From positions 1 to 49,060 of the forward strand of contig NIVC01003120.1 in NCBI GenBank assembly GCA_002269645.1: a stretch of DNA of 49,060 bases, given 5' to 3'. Under the pieces are notes generated by a model. The model saw only the letters and a list, made by a program, of their open reading frames with translations. It was not told the DNA's origin and did no database searches. The first letter of the stretch is position 1; every line of letters begins with the position of its first letter. This document shows, piece after piece, positions 33,601 through 46,100 of the stretch. This DNA is from Macrostomum lignano. Taxonomy: Eukaryota. The position numbers and the translations under genes were made by a program.

Positions 33601-34793
33601 AATATTTATCGGACTCTTCTTTCACAGGCAGCGTCTCTCACACCGTTCTCGCCCTTCTGGCCAAGCTGTCAGCTACTTGCGCTTTCTCAATCATCACAAA
33701 CTACACAGCAGAGGTCTACCCGACCTCGATCCGGAACACTGGTATCTTCTTCTGCAGCGCCATCGGCCGCATCTCCTCCCTGCTGGCCCCTTCATCCTGG
33801 CCGTCAACAGCGGCGGCTCCTACGGCGCCCGGATGGCCGCCCCAATCGCATTCGCTTGCCTGGGCATTCTTGCCGGCGCCGCGCTCTACTACCTGCCAGA
33901 GACCAAGGGCATCCCGCTGCCGCAGACTGTGAGGGAGGCCAACATCATCACACCGTGAGCTGGGGCCTCTTGACTGCTGTCCCGCCTCCCCTGTCACTCT
34001 TCACCCGCCTCCCTGTCACTCTCCTCCCGCCTCCCTGTCACTCTCCTCCCGCCTTCCCGTCCCTCTCCTCCCGCCTCCCCTGTCACTCCTCCCGCCTCCC
34101 CTATCATTCTCCTCCCGCCTCCCCTGTCATTCTCCTCCCGCCTCCCCTGTCATTCTCCTCCCGCCTCCCCTGTCATTCTCCTCCCGCCTCCCCTGCCATT
34201 CTCCTCCCGCCTCCCCTGCCACTCTCCTCCCACCTCCCCTGCCATTCTCCTCCCGCCTCCCCTGCCACTCTCCTCCCACCTCCCCTGCCATTCTCCTCCC
34301 GCCTCCCCTGCCACTCTCCTCCCACCTTCCCTGTCACTCTCTGGGAGGCCCTAAACTCCCCTGACCAATTTTTAATTAGACTGCAGTCGGATTAAATGCT
34401 CTCTCAACTCGTCTCAAACAAACGAATTACATAAACTTGAACCCCATCAAATTCTCCAACAGCGGCAAGGAGCCGGCATTCATCAGCTTGGTGCAGAAAC
34501 GCCGCCAAGAGATCGCCGTGTACTTTGTTGGCAGAGGAGAGTCCGCCACCGTGTCCTTCGGGAACTCGGTTGCTGACGCGGCAAGTCAACAGCAGACGGC
34601 TGCGGCGGCGCAAGACCAGCAGCCCGTGCAGATCAGACTAGAAGGAGTCGCTGCAAATGCCGAAACGGCTACGGAAGATCTGCCAGACGCCAAAGCAGCT
34701 GAAACAGTTAACAGCTCGCAACCAGCTTCCGAAGAAGACGTGCAGGTTGGTTTTGGGACCAACAACTACCTAATTGATCCTTACGACGGATGA
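30642..34793 (+). CDS. SLC22: SLC22-family organic cation/anion transporter (MFS), 8 exons, two apparent 1-nt frameshifts
   Basis: Exons 30642-30998, 31079-31179, 31400-31719, 31951-32074, 32162-32274, 32774-32988, 33628-33954, 34463-34793. Motifs YEEVLEHIGSLGRYQ, WDLVC, ADKFGRRPV, TEFVG, RQWRWLQ, ESPRWL, GLIEVPAY, AEVYPTSIRNTG, LPETKGIPLPQT. Confidence 0.92.
33975..34340. repeat. ~23-bp pyrimidine-rich minisatellite (CTCCTCCCGCCTCCCCTGTCATT)
   Basis: Tandem periodicity in the last SLC22 intron. Confidence 0.92.
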
Positions 34794-35873
34794 GCTGTGA
34801 AGAAAAGTTTATTGAATTTTTAACTGGACGTAGAGTTTGCTTTTTATTGGCTTTTTATTTTTCACTTGGTGCGAAGCAAAGTAGAAAACTTATTGAGTAG
34901 TATGAGTGGCAGTTTTTGTTATTATTTGTCTGCTACAGAAGGTGACATCTCCAGCGAAGAAAGCGTGTGTACCATTTCTCTATTCTTAAAAAGTCTTTGA
35001 ATTCGTATTTTTTCTGAGCTCCTACCGGAATTTTCTCGTATCACATTCCATTTCTACCCGATACCATGGCCAAAAGTGCAAGCAGCAACCCAGCACATTC
35101 GTCTTTCACTCTACGTTTCAACTCGGGATCTGCCATATCCTGCTTACGAATTATCGCGACTGTTATACCTGTAATTTTACTGTAATTTTGTCTCTGGCCT
35201 TACAGAGAGCACCACCAGATAACCATAACCAGGAATATTGTTTTAATGTATACTAAAATAAATAATTTATTTGATTTAGTGCCTTAGAAGAAATAGGAAG
35301 TATTAGACACCTTACATTGGCGCCCCCAACAGGCACTGCAGATTGGCGCATTTTTCAGGTTCGTCCATTTTGAAGATCTAGGCCGGCCCATACATGTACA
35401 TGTACTGCGCTCCACTAAATTAATGCAAACTTGATATTTTTCTTTTAACGGAATGCTTTCCTTAAATTACCTTGCGCACTTAAAAACCATAACAGATTCA
35501 ATCTTTGAGGTCACAAAATAGTGTGTACAGTGTCAAAATGAACAAACTGCACCTGCAGGCATCAAAAGTTTACTCCTCTGATTTTCAGCTGCCGACTCGG
35601 TCCATGATTTGTTTTTTAAAGCGGGCAGTAATTGTGATATTATTAGCTTGATTTGTGATTTACTTTTGTTTTATTTCAATTATTATACTTTATACTATTC
35701 GGATCGGATCATGTAAATTATGTTTAGATACCATTTATTAACGTTTGTTGTAATACATATTGATATCAAAATTCTTATTGTGCAAATTACGGGAGTTTTT
35801 TTAAAAATAAAACGCTGTTTGAACTGTTAGTCAACTTAATTTATTGCCTTGCACTGCAATGGATAAATAATCT

Positions 35874-35937
35874 GCGGTCCCAGTGCGTGACAACGATTGT
35901 CTTCCATAGACAAATCGTTGTCACGTGCTGCGACCGC
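35874..35937. other. Near-perfect inverted repeat / hairpin (~29-bp stem, 5-nt loop)
   Basis: GCGGTCCCAGTGCGTGACAACGATTGTCT-TCCAT-AGACAAATCGTTGTCACGTGCTGCGACCGC. Confidence 0.85.
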
Positions 35938-37160
35938 TGATTCTTTGCATTGTTTTTCTGTTTGACGATCCTACAGACAATGCATTATTTGTAGTAATGG
36001 ATTGTTCTGCATTAAAAATGTGAATAATGATCGTCAAATTGCTAAACAATGATGGCTGATGAAAGGTGCTGCACTTAATTAAAGTCCAATTTTGCTACAT
36101 AAAATTTCTTAAACAAAACAGAAGCTGCAGGTGCAACTTGCAACTTGCCAGCGCAATTTTGAATTAGCTAACGAGAAACGGGTGGCACTAGAAGAAAACC
36201 AGAAAAGATTGCACGTTGATTTTCTTTCTTGACGTGCCACTTGGTCAGATTTCCTGCCGGCAATCTCGCGGTTGCTAAGAAGGACAAGGTAATGAATCCA
36301 CTACACTAAAATTACTATCGGATTTTTTTAGATTTTGGTCTTTGGACGACCTGATCTTAAACTGGTTTTGGTGCGGAAAATTTGCAGAAAAAACTGGAAT
36401 ATTCCATTACCACTCACTGGCTGGCTGGCTGGCTTTAACTACTAACTACTTTACCTAGTTTGTGCCAGACATGCATGCAACGCATGCTAAAATAGAATGA
36501 AACATTGTTAACTGCAGAGACTTGATCGAAAAGTGCAAAGTTTTCAGATAAGTTAACAAATAGTACAACCAACCAATCAAAACAGCTATTTAAATTTTCA
36601 TAAGCTTCTGGGCTTTACTATCTACGTCAGACAGTACAGTAGTCACAGGGACAGATAACACTCATGCATTACGAACGCGATAAGATAAGGACGAAATAAA
36701 AGGAAGCGACACGTCCTGTCTTTACTAATTGTGTGTCATTTGCCACGTTGCTCCAATGTTAGGAAGGCCTTGAATGTACGCTGGCTAAGGGGAAGGGGTG
36801 GGGGTGGCGCATGAATGTACGGAGAATGGGACAAGCCCGCCCTCCCTCAAGTTCACAAACCCCCCAAAATTCCTCGGGCAATTCTAATTCTAGCCCAAAT
36901 CCAGTCTGTCTGTCCAGTCCAAGCGCACGTGATCGTGGCCACGCTTCCTCGTCCCCCCGCAGCGCCCCACCCCCAAAGGGCAAACCCCAAATTGTGAGGA
37001 CCCACGTGATCTTCCCTCAATAAATAAGAAGAAACACTGGTTCGCCACCTTCTTACTTTGCTTTATTTTCCTACCAGGGTCAAACGGATTGAATCCAAGC
37101 TCTTGTTTGCTAAGCTCGCCGTTGAACCAAATAGACAGAATTATATTATCTACTACAGTC

Positions 37161-40100
37161 ATGGGCGGAACTGTTAGCACACTGTCCAATGCTCGCAGCA
37201 ACTCTTATTGTCCCAAGGATGGCGCTTGCGGTTCCAGCAACGAAGTTTTGAAGTCCAATTTAGTAGAGGTAAGGTTTTGTGTGCGCAGTGTTGGTTGAAG
37301 GAATCCAATCGAATTTGAGTTTATCAGGCCAACTTCTAGTATGAATTTTGCACCTTTTTTGAAACCTAATTTTAATATTGAAAATGATATTAATCAGAAA
37401 TTATAGTTCAACTCAACTCATAGGTCACTGCTTTTTGAGCTGTGTTTGCATATCACTTAAACTGTCAAAAAATCTTTTAAAATATTGACTAGTATAAATT
37501 ATAGATGTTTTATAATATTAAGATTGGTTAAGTATATTATATAGCCATAAGCATAATGAATTATTTACTAAACATCTATAAAGCTACTATTTGTTGTTTG
37601 TTATAGTAAAGTGACAAAAGCAATAACTATAACACATATGACAAGCCACATCAATGTAAGATTTTCCATAGGCCATGGTCATATGATCTATTATATTTTT
37701 TAGGCTTAGATAAAAATTGTCACTTGTATTTTCCCATATTTATAGCTATAGTATTCTATAGTTGCAGTATCAAACATGCACACCCCCCCCCTGATTTACA
37801 CTGGCCTTGCAACTTACCTGTGAAAGAAAACCTAAAGTAAAATTAACACTTTTGGGTAAACGGCAGGTGTAACTATAACTGTCTTATTAAGGCTAAATGC
37901 CTTGTCATCTAATTAGTACTACATCTGTATTTTGGATGGGCATTTTTGCAACTTACCCCTGGTCTACCACAATTTACGGTGGCCAGATCAGCCAGGTCGG
38001 CCAGCATTTGCGGATGTATGTGCAGTATCTACACAAGCATTTAGTTTAGTAGTAAATTGCTATAAAGTCAAAGATCTGTTTTTTATCAAACATAACAGTG
38101 ACACAAGCTCCTCATTCCATTACTGACATTCCTTTCCCCAAATCGTTTTGTCCCATAGCAGCAGAGCGGCGGAAAACAGCAGCAGCAGAAAGCCCTGGCA
38201 GAAGCTCGCGTGGCATTCGACCTGTTTCTTGCTGGCCTGGAGGCGGCCAGCCATGATGGGCCCTGCCTGGGCACCCGCCAGACAGCCAGTGCTCCATTTG
38301 TATACAGTACCTATGGCGAGGTGAGGCTGTGACATGCTAATTAACAGTTTCTTCCTTGCTGTTTCTAATTATAGTACATTCCGTTGTAGTATCAGCACCA
38401 GTTGGTATTAAATCGTCAGTTCGACTTTCAGTGGAATTGATTTTTCTTCTGCAAGATTCTGTTAATGCTGCTTCAAGTGCCAGTTTGCTTATTCCAGTGT
38501 AAACAGCAATCGAAGTTTCGATTTTATAAACTTCTTTCCCACGGCTGCACTGCATCTCCAGGAGTGAAAAGCACTTCTGTTCTCTAGAAGTTAGCTTCAG
38601 GTGCCAGTCAGTGCACATCCTTGATCAAATTCCTAACATTTGCCAAAAAACCTCAGATTTAAGTGATCAATTGTCCCGTTGTCTGCTTTTATCCCATATA
38701 ATGATCCTTTCTCCATCTTCCTCCGTTCCTCTCCTCCCCCCTCTTCCCTTCCCCTCCTCTCCCCTCCTCTCCCCTCTCCCCCTCCTCTCCCTCCTCTCCC
38801 CTCTCCCCTCTCCCCTCCTCTCCCCTCTCCTCCTCCTCTCCCCCTCCTCCCCCTCTCCCCTCCTCTCCCCTCTCCCCTCTCCCCCTCCTCTCCCCTCTCC
38901 CCCTCCTCTCCCCCTCCTCTCCCCTCCTCTCCCCTCTCCCCCTCCTCTCCCCTCCTCTCCCCTCTCCCCCTCCTCTCCCCCTCCTCCCCCTCTCCCCCTC
39001 CTCTCCCATCTCCCCTCTCCCCCTCCTCTCCCCTCTCCCCCTCCTCTCCCTTCCTCTCCCATCTCCCCTTTACTCTTCCCTCTCCCTTTCCTCTCCCCTT
39101 TCCCCTTCCTATCCCCTCTCTCTACCTCTCCCCTTCCTCTCCCCTTTCCTCTCCCCTTCCTCTCCCCTTTCCTCTCCCCTTCCTCTCCCCTCCTCTCCCC
39201 CCTCCCCTCTCCCCTTCCTCTCCCATCTCCCCTTTACTCTTCCCTCTCCCCTTCCTCTCCCATCTCCCCTTCCTCTCCCCTTTCCCCTTCCTCTCCCCTT
39301 TCCCCTTCCTCTCCACTCTCTCTCTCCCTCTCCGCTTTCCTCTCCTTTTTCTCTCCCTTCCCCCCTCTTCTCTGAGTCTCACATCTATTCCTAGTTATAT
39401 TCCTAAAATGTTTTTTCTTCCGAAAGTACTTCGCTTACCATTTTCATTCGTAAAGCAAAATTTGCGCGGTCTAATAATTGAACCGCCTCTCCTCCTTTTC
39501 TCTGTTTCTGTTCTCTTAGCATCCGAATCTGTGGCTTTTCAAAGCGTGATGTCGGTTCGGCCAGTTTCGCAAGAAACTGGCACAGCTGCTGCTGCCTGCA
39601 TCACCCTGCCACACAGTGCAAGTTCAAGCGACGAAGTCAATCAAAGCATTGTGTTGCCAAGTGCAGGGGGCGCTAATAGTCGGTAGTCGGATCCCTGCAT
39701 GCCAATCAGTAACCATGCCGAGTCTGGATCCCATCTGGACGGCTAGAGACAGACGGGCAACCCAGTCAATCCTCAATCTTCATTTAATGACGAGGCCCCT
39801 GGATATCAAACGATAGGCAAAGTTACTCTCACCGTTTACCTTACGCAGGTGCTTCAAGAAGTGCGCGCAATGGCGGCCTACCTGACCGGGCCGCTGGGCC
39901 TGACCAGGGGCAGTTTTGTTGGCACCTTCTCCAGCAACAGCGCCAGCCTGGTTGTCCTGGAGCTTGCCTGCTACTCCAGCGGCCTGGTCATTGTGCCGCT
40001 GTACGACACCTTGGGCCGGGAGGCCTGCAGCCACATTCTGCAGGTGAGAAATGGCCTCGGATTTGATGAATTATTTAACTGACCATTTTCTATGTACTCT

Positions 40101-43100
40101 ACTTGTCAATAAGTAGTCTTTCACGGTTTTAAGCCACTTAGCCACTGGTCCTACAGGCCACCTCAGCCTTGATCCTTCAGGCCACCTCAGCCCTGATCCT
40201 TCAGGCCACCTCAGCTCTGATCCTTCAGGCCACCTCAGCCCCTGATCCTTCAGGCCACCTCAGCCCCTGATCCTTTAGGCCACCTCAGCCCTGATCCTTT
40301 AGGCCACCTCAGCCCCTGATCCTTTAGGCCACCTCAGCCCCTGATCCTTCAGGCCACCTCAGCCCTGATCCTTCGCACCACCTCAGCCCTGATCCTTCAG
40401 GCCACCTCAGCCCTGATCCTTCAGGCCACCTCAGCCCTGATCCTTCAGGCCACCTCAGCCCTGATTTTCAGGCCACCTCAGCCCTGATTTTTCAGGCCAC
40501 CTCAGCCCTGATCCTTCAGGCCACCTCAGCCCTGATCCTTCAGGCCACCTCAGCCCTGATTTTTCAGGCCACCTCAGCCCTGATTTTTTAGGCCACCTCA
40601 GCCCTGATTTTTCAGGCCACCTCAGCCCTGATTTTTCAGGCCACCTCAGCCCTGATCCTTCAGGCCACCTCAGCCCTGATCCTTCAGGCCACCTCAGCCC
40701 TGATTTTTCAGGCCACCTCAGCCCTGATCCTTCAGGCCACCTCAGCCCTGATTTTTCAGGCCACCTCAGCCCTGATTTTTCAGGCCACCTCAGCCCTGAT
40801 TTTTCAGGCCACCTCAGCCCTGATTTTTCAGGCCACCTCAGCCCTGATTTTTCAGGCCACCTCAGCCCTGATTTTTCAGGCCACATCAGCCCTGATTTTT
40901 CAGGCCACCTCAGCCCTGATTTTTCAGGCCACATCAGCCCTGATTTTTCAGGCCACCTCAGCCCTGATTTTTCAGGCCACCTCAGCCCTGATTTTTCAGG
41001 CCACCTCAGCCCTGATTTTTCAGGCCACCTCAGCCCTGATTTTTCAGGCCACCTCAGCCCTGATTTTTCAGGCCACCTCAGCCCTGATCCTTTAGCCCCC
41101 CTCAGTCTATCCCAGGCCGGTTCCCCCAGCAACTAAACCAGTTCCTTCTGCCCCTGCCTGCCGTAGGAGACGCAGCTCAGCGTGGCGTTCTGCCGCTCGG
41201 ACAAGCAGGCCGCCACAGTGTCCGAGCTGGGGTCGGCCGAACAGGCCATCCGGCTGATTGTGGCCGAGCCGTCGGAGGCGGAGCAGCCGGCCGGTGCGGC
41301 GGTTATCAGCTACGTTGATGCGATTGCCAAGGGCCGGGAGTTGCTTCAGCAGCGGCGGGAGCAGAAGGAGAACAGCGGTGATGGGCAGCAGCAGGAGGAC
41401 GCTGACGCCAACAGGAGGCCGCAGCCCAGCGACTTGGCTGTGATCTGCTACACCAGCGGCACCACTGGTCTGTTGGGAACGAGGGGCTTAAGTCGGAATT
41501 CGTATAGTCAAATGCTTTAATCCAATGATTTGCTAATTTATTTTTAACGTTATTTTTTTCGTTTTCAATCAAGGCCAACCCAAAGGCGTCATGCTGACAA
41601 ATGACAACCTTGTCAAGGGCGTGCACCTGGTCACGGATACTATTAAAGAGGACACTTTTAAGGTGAAAACACGATAAAATTTGACCCCATCCCAACATCA
41701 AAATTCCCATCCCCAACATCACAATCCCCATCATCGGAATCCCCATTCCCAGCATCAGAATCCCCACCCCCAACATCAGAATCCCCACCACCAGCATCAG
41801 AATCCCCATCCCCAGCATCAGAATCCCCACCACCAGCATCAGAATCCCCACCCCCAACATCAGAATCCCCACCACCAGCATCAGAATCCCCACCCCCAAC
41901 ATCAGAATCCCCACCACCAACATCAGAATCCCCACCCCCAACATCAGAATCCCCATCCCCAGCATCAGAATCCCCATCCCCAGCATCAGAATCCCCATCC
42001 CCAGCATCAGAATCCCCACCACCAGCATCAGAATCCCCATCACCAGCATCAGAATCCCCACCACCAGATCAGAATCCCCACCCCCAACATCAGAATCCCC
42101 ACCACCAACATCAGAATCCCCACCCCCAGCATCAGAATCCCCACCACCAGCATCAGAATCCCCATCCCCAGCATCAGAATCCCCATCCCCAGCATCAGAA
42201 TCCCCACCACCAGCATCAGAATCCCCATCACCAGCATCAGAATCCCCATCACCAGCATCAGAATCCCCATCCCCAGCATCAGAATCCCCACCACCAGCAT
42301 CAGAATCCCCATCCCCAGCATCAGAATCCCCACCACCAGCATCAGAATCCCCATCCCCAGCATCAGAATCCCCACCACCAGCATCAGAATCCCCATCCCC
42401 AGCATCAGAATCCCACCACCAGCATCAGAATCCCCATCCCCAGCATCAGAATCCCCATCCCCAGCATCAGAATCCCTATCCACAGTGTCAGAATCTCCAT
42501 CCCCTATTCCCCAATTCGCAGCACCCGGTGGAGTTGAACAGCTCGGACCGCTACTTCAGCTACCTGCCGATGGCGCACATCCTGGAGCGAATGTGCCAGC
42601 TGTTCGCCTTCGCCCACGGCCTGTCCATGGGATTCTTTCGCGGCGATCGGGCCGGCCTCATGGACGACCTGCGCGAGTGTCAGCCCACCTTCATGGCTGC
42701 CGTGCCTAAGGTGGGCGGCTGCGGGATCGGGCGGATGGATCAAGGAGGAGAGAGAGGCGGATCAGGGAGGGAGAGAGGGGCAGATCAGGGAGGGAGAGAG
42801 GGGCGGATCAGGGAGGGACAGAGGAACGGATCAGGGAGGGACAGAGGGGCGGATCAGGGAGGGACAGAGGGGCGGATCAGGGAGGGACAGAGGGGCGGAT
42901 CAGGGAGGGAAAGAGGGGCGGATCAGGGAGGGACAGAGGGGCGGATCAGGGAGGGACAGAGGGGCGGATCAGGGAGGGAAAGAGGGGCGGATCAGGGAGG
43001 GAAAGAGGGGCGGATCAGGGAGGAACAGAGGGGCGGATCAGGGAGGGACAGAGGGGCGGATCAGGGAGGGACAGAGGGCGGATCAGGGAGGGACAGAGGG

Positions 43101-46100
43101 GCGGATCAGGGAGGGACAGAGGGGCGGATCAGGGAGGGACAGAGGGCGGATCAGGGAGGGAAAGAGGGGCGGATCAGGGAGGGACAGAGGGGCGGATCAG
43201 GGAGGGAAAGAGGGGCGGATCAGGGAGGGACAGAGGGGCGGATCAGGGAGGGACAGAGGGGCGGATCAGGGAGGGACAGAGGGGCGGATCAGGGAGGGAT
43301 AGGGGCGGATCAGGGAGGGATAGGGGCGGATCAGGGAGGGATAGGGGCAAATCAGGGTGGGATAGGGGCAGATCAGGAAGGGAGATGGTTGATTCAGCAG
43401 TGTAGAGAGACAGGAGTAAAGTTTCCAATCATCATCCAATCAGCTGTCACTGGCCGCCGCCCGCAGGTCCTGAGCCGCATTCGCGAGCGCGCCCTGACAG
43501 CGGTGTCGGGCAGCCGGCTGAAGTCGGCCATCCTTGACACGGCGCTGTCCCGCAAGAGCCGCCGGCTGTCGCAGCTCCGGGTTGACAAGGACACGCTGTG
43601 GGATCGGCTGGTGTTCCGCCGCGTCCAGGAAGGCCTGGGCGGCCGCGTCCGCTTTGTAGCCGTTGGCGGGGCGCCGATTTCTGCGGACACGCTGAACTTT
43701 GTGAAGGCCGCGCTGGGCTGCCCGGTGGTGCAGGTGAGAGAGCTGGGCGAACTTTTGGAGGACCAGCGCTGCACTTCTTGTGTTGAAGAATTCGGCGACT
43801 TAATAGGGGGGACAGTGCTTTGGGGCTGACGTTTTTAAACTACTGGTGCACTTCTCTACAGTCTTCCGTAACTCTACTTCTTCCTCTCCCTCGCCTACTT
43901 TTCCCTACCTATATCCTCCCTCTACTTCTCCCGCTCCCTCTCCATCCTCCCTCTACTTCTCCCGCTCCCTCTCCATCCTCCCTCTACTTCTCCCGCTCCC
44001 TCTCCATCCTCCCTCTACTTCTCCCGCTCCCTCTCCATCCTCCCTCTACTTCTCCCGCTCCCTCTCCATCCTCCCTCTACTTCTCCCGCTCCCTCTCCAT
44101 CCTCCCTCTACTTCTCCCGCTCCTCTCCATCCTCCCTCTACTTCTCCCGCTCCCTCTCCATCCTCCCTCTACTTCTCCCGCTCCCTCTCCATCCTTCCTC
44201 TACTTCTCCCGCTCCCTCTCCATCCTTCCTGTCGCTCCCATTTTGATCTCCCCTTTACTCCTTTTAACTCCCGTCTCTCACCCCTCGCTCCCACTCTTCC
44301 TGCAACCTCTCTGCTATCGATCCATCCGAGCGTCCCTCACCTCCCCGACCCCCGCAGGGTTTCGGCCAGACGGAAACCTGCGGCCTCGGCCTGTGCCAGC
44401 GGCCCGGCGACCCGGCCAGCAACCACACCGGCCGGCCGATGCTGGGCATTGAAGTCCGCCTCGCTGACGCCCCCGACGCCGACTGTCCGAATGCGGAGGC
44501 TGACGGTCGCGGCGAGTTGTGCATCCGCGGCCCGACCTGCTTCGCTGGCTACTTCAAGCAGCCGGAGCGCTCGGCCGAGACTCTTGACTCCGACGGCTGG
44601 GTGCACACCGGCGACATCGCCCAGCTGCTCCCCGGCGGCTCCTACCGCATCGTTGACCGGGTCAAGCACCTGTTCAAGCTGGCCCAGGGCGAGTACATCG
44701 CGCCGGAGAAGATCGAGCTGGTGTACTGCCTGAACCCGGCCATCGATCAGGTCTTTGTTGATGGCCGCAGCGAGCGCTCCTGCCTGCTCGGCGTCGTGGT
44801 GCCAACGTTGGACGCCGCCAAGGCCTGGCTGGCCAAGAATCCCGCGGACACGGCGGCTGCGGCTGGCGATTCGCCTCCAGAGCTGCTGGCCGCGGCCTGC
44901 GGCAGCGCCGGATTCAAGGCGCACCTGCTGGGCGAGCTGCAGCAGCTGGGCAAGCAGAAGGGGCTGCAGAGCTTCGAGCAGGTTGGTTGCTGGATTTGCT
45001 GGCTGACTGGGCTGCCGCTTCCAGTAGCTTGGACTGACGGGTGATATCATGTGGTCTAAAGTGATGATCTTAGGTGACCTTGAATGGTGATCTGAGGTAA
45101 CCTTGAATGGTGATCTGAGTTGATCTTGAATGATGATCTGAGGTGACCTTGAATGGTGATCTGAGGTGACCTTGAATGGTGATCTGAGGTGACCTTGAAT
45201 GGTGATCTGAGGTGACCTTGAATGGTGATCTTAGGTGACCTTGAATGGTGATCTTAGGTGACCTTGAATGGTGATCTGAGGTGACCTTGAATGGTGATCT
45301 GAGGTGACCTTGAATGGTGATCTTAGGTGACCTTGAATGGTGATCTGAGGTGACCTTGAATGGTGATCTTAGGTGACCTTGAATGGTGATCTGAGGTGAC
45401 CTTGAATGGTGATCTGAGGTGACCTTGAATGGTGATCTGAGGTGACCTTGAATGGTGATCTGAGGTGACCTTAGGTTTTCTCCGATAACCTTCAGTGTTC
45501 ACAGGGTGGCTGGCTTTCGGTGATCTGATAAGTTTAACCCTATCGAACCCGGTACCATGGCCCACAGCTTTGCCGGCTTGCTATCATAGACAACTTTTTT
45601 AAGCCTGCAGAAATCTTAGCCGCAAGAACACAGACTTACAGGTGACGGATTTGAATCGTAGTCTAAAAAAAGTATAAAAACACGAGAAAGGTAACCATTT
45701 TTTGCAGGAGGTATGGAAAAAAGAACTGATATTTGACGTTTTGAAGAATTTGTTTCCTGTGTTTCGACCCCATCTGACATTGGAACGAGAAGAAGAAACG
45801 GATACGTACTCAAATTTCGTACACTGCACAGGATAAGTTGCGCAAACTTGTGCAAACTCTGAACACTGGCTGAGGAGTCACAGGGAACAGGGAGTGCACT
45901 TAAACAAATAAACTGCATGGCCATATTGGATACCAAAAGCTCTAATTTAAATAACTTGTAATGTAACAGCGATACAAAATAAAGCCTAATAAAGCCTTAC
46001 AAACAGGATATATACACAAATGGAAAGCGTACTAAAATGTATAATACACAAAATAGTATATAAGGTAACACAGAAAAAGAAAAAAATAACGGCAATAAAG

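Noticed and set aside
38611-39686. Pro/Ser/Leu-rich and Gly/Glu/Arg-rich ORFs
   Set aside because: Translations of a polypyrimidine low-complexity tract in an ACSL intron.
42528-43829. 433-aa ORF suggesting an RGG-like insert in ACSL (756-nt in-frame, stop-free intron)
   Set aside because: Canonical GT/AG sites rejoin the conserved VPK-VL motif, and a T-poor repeat lacks stops by chance. Retention is not excluded but is unsupported.
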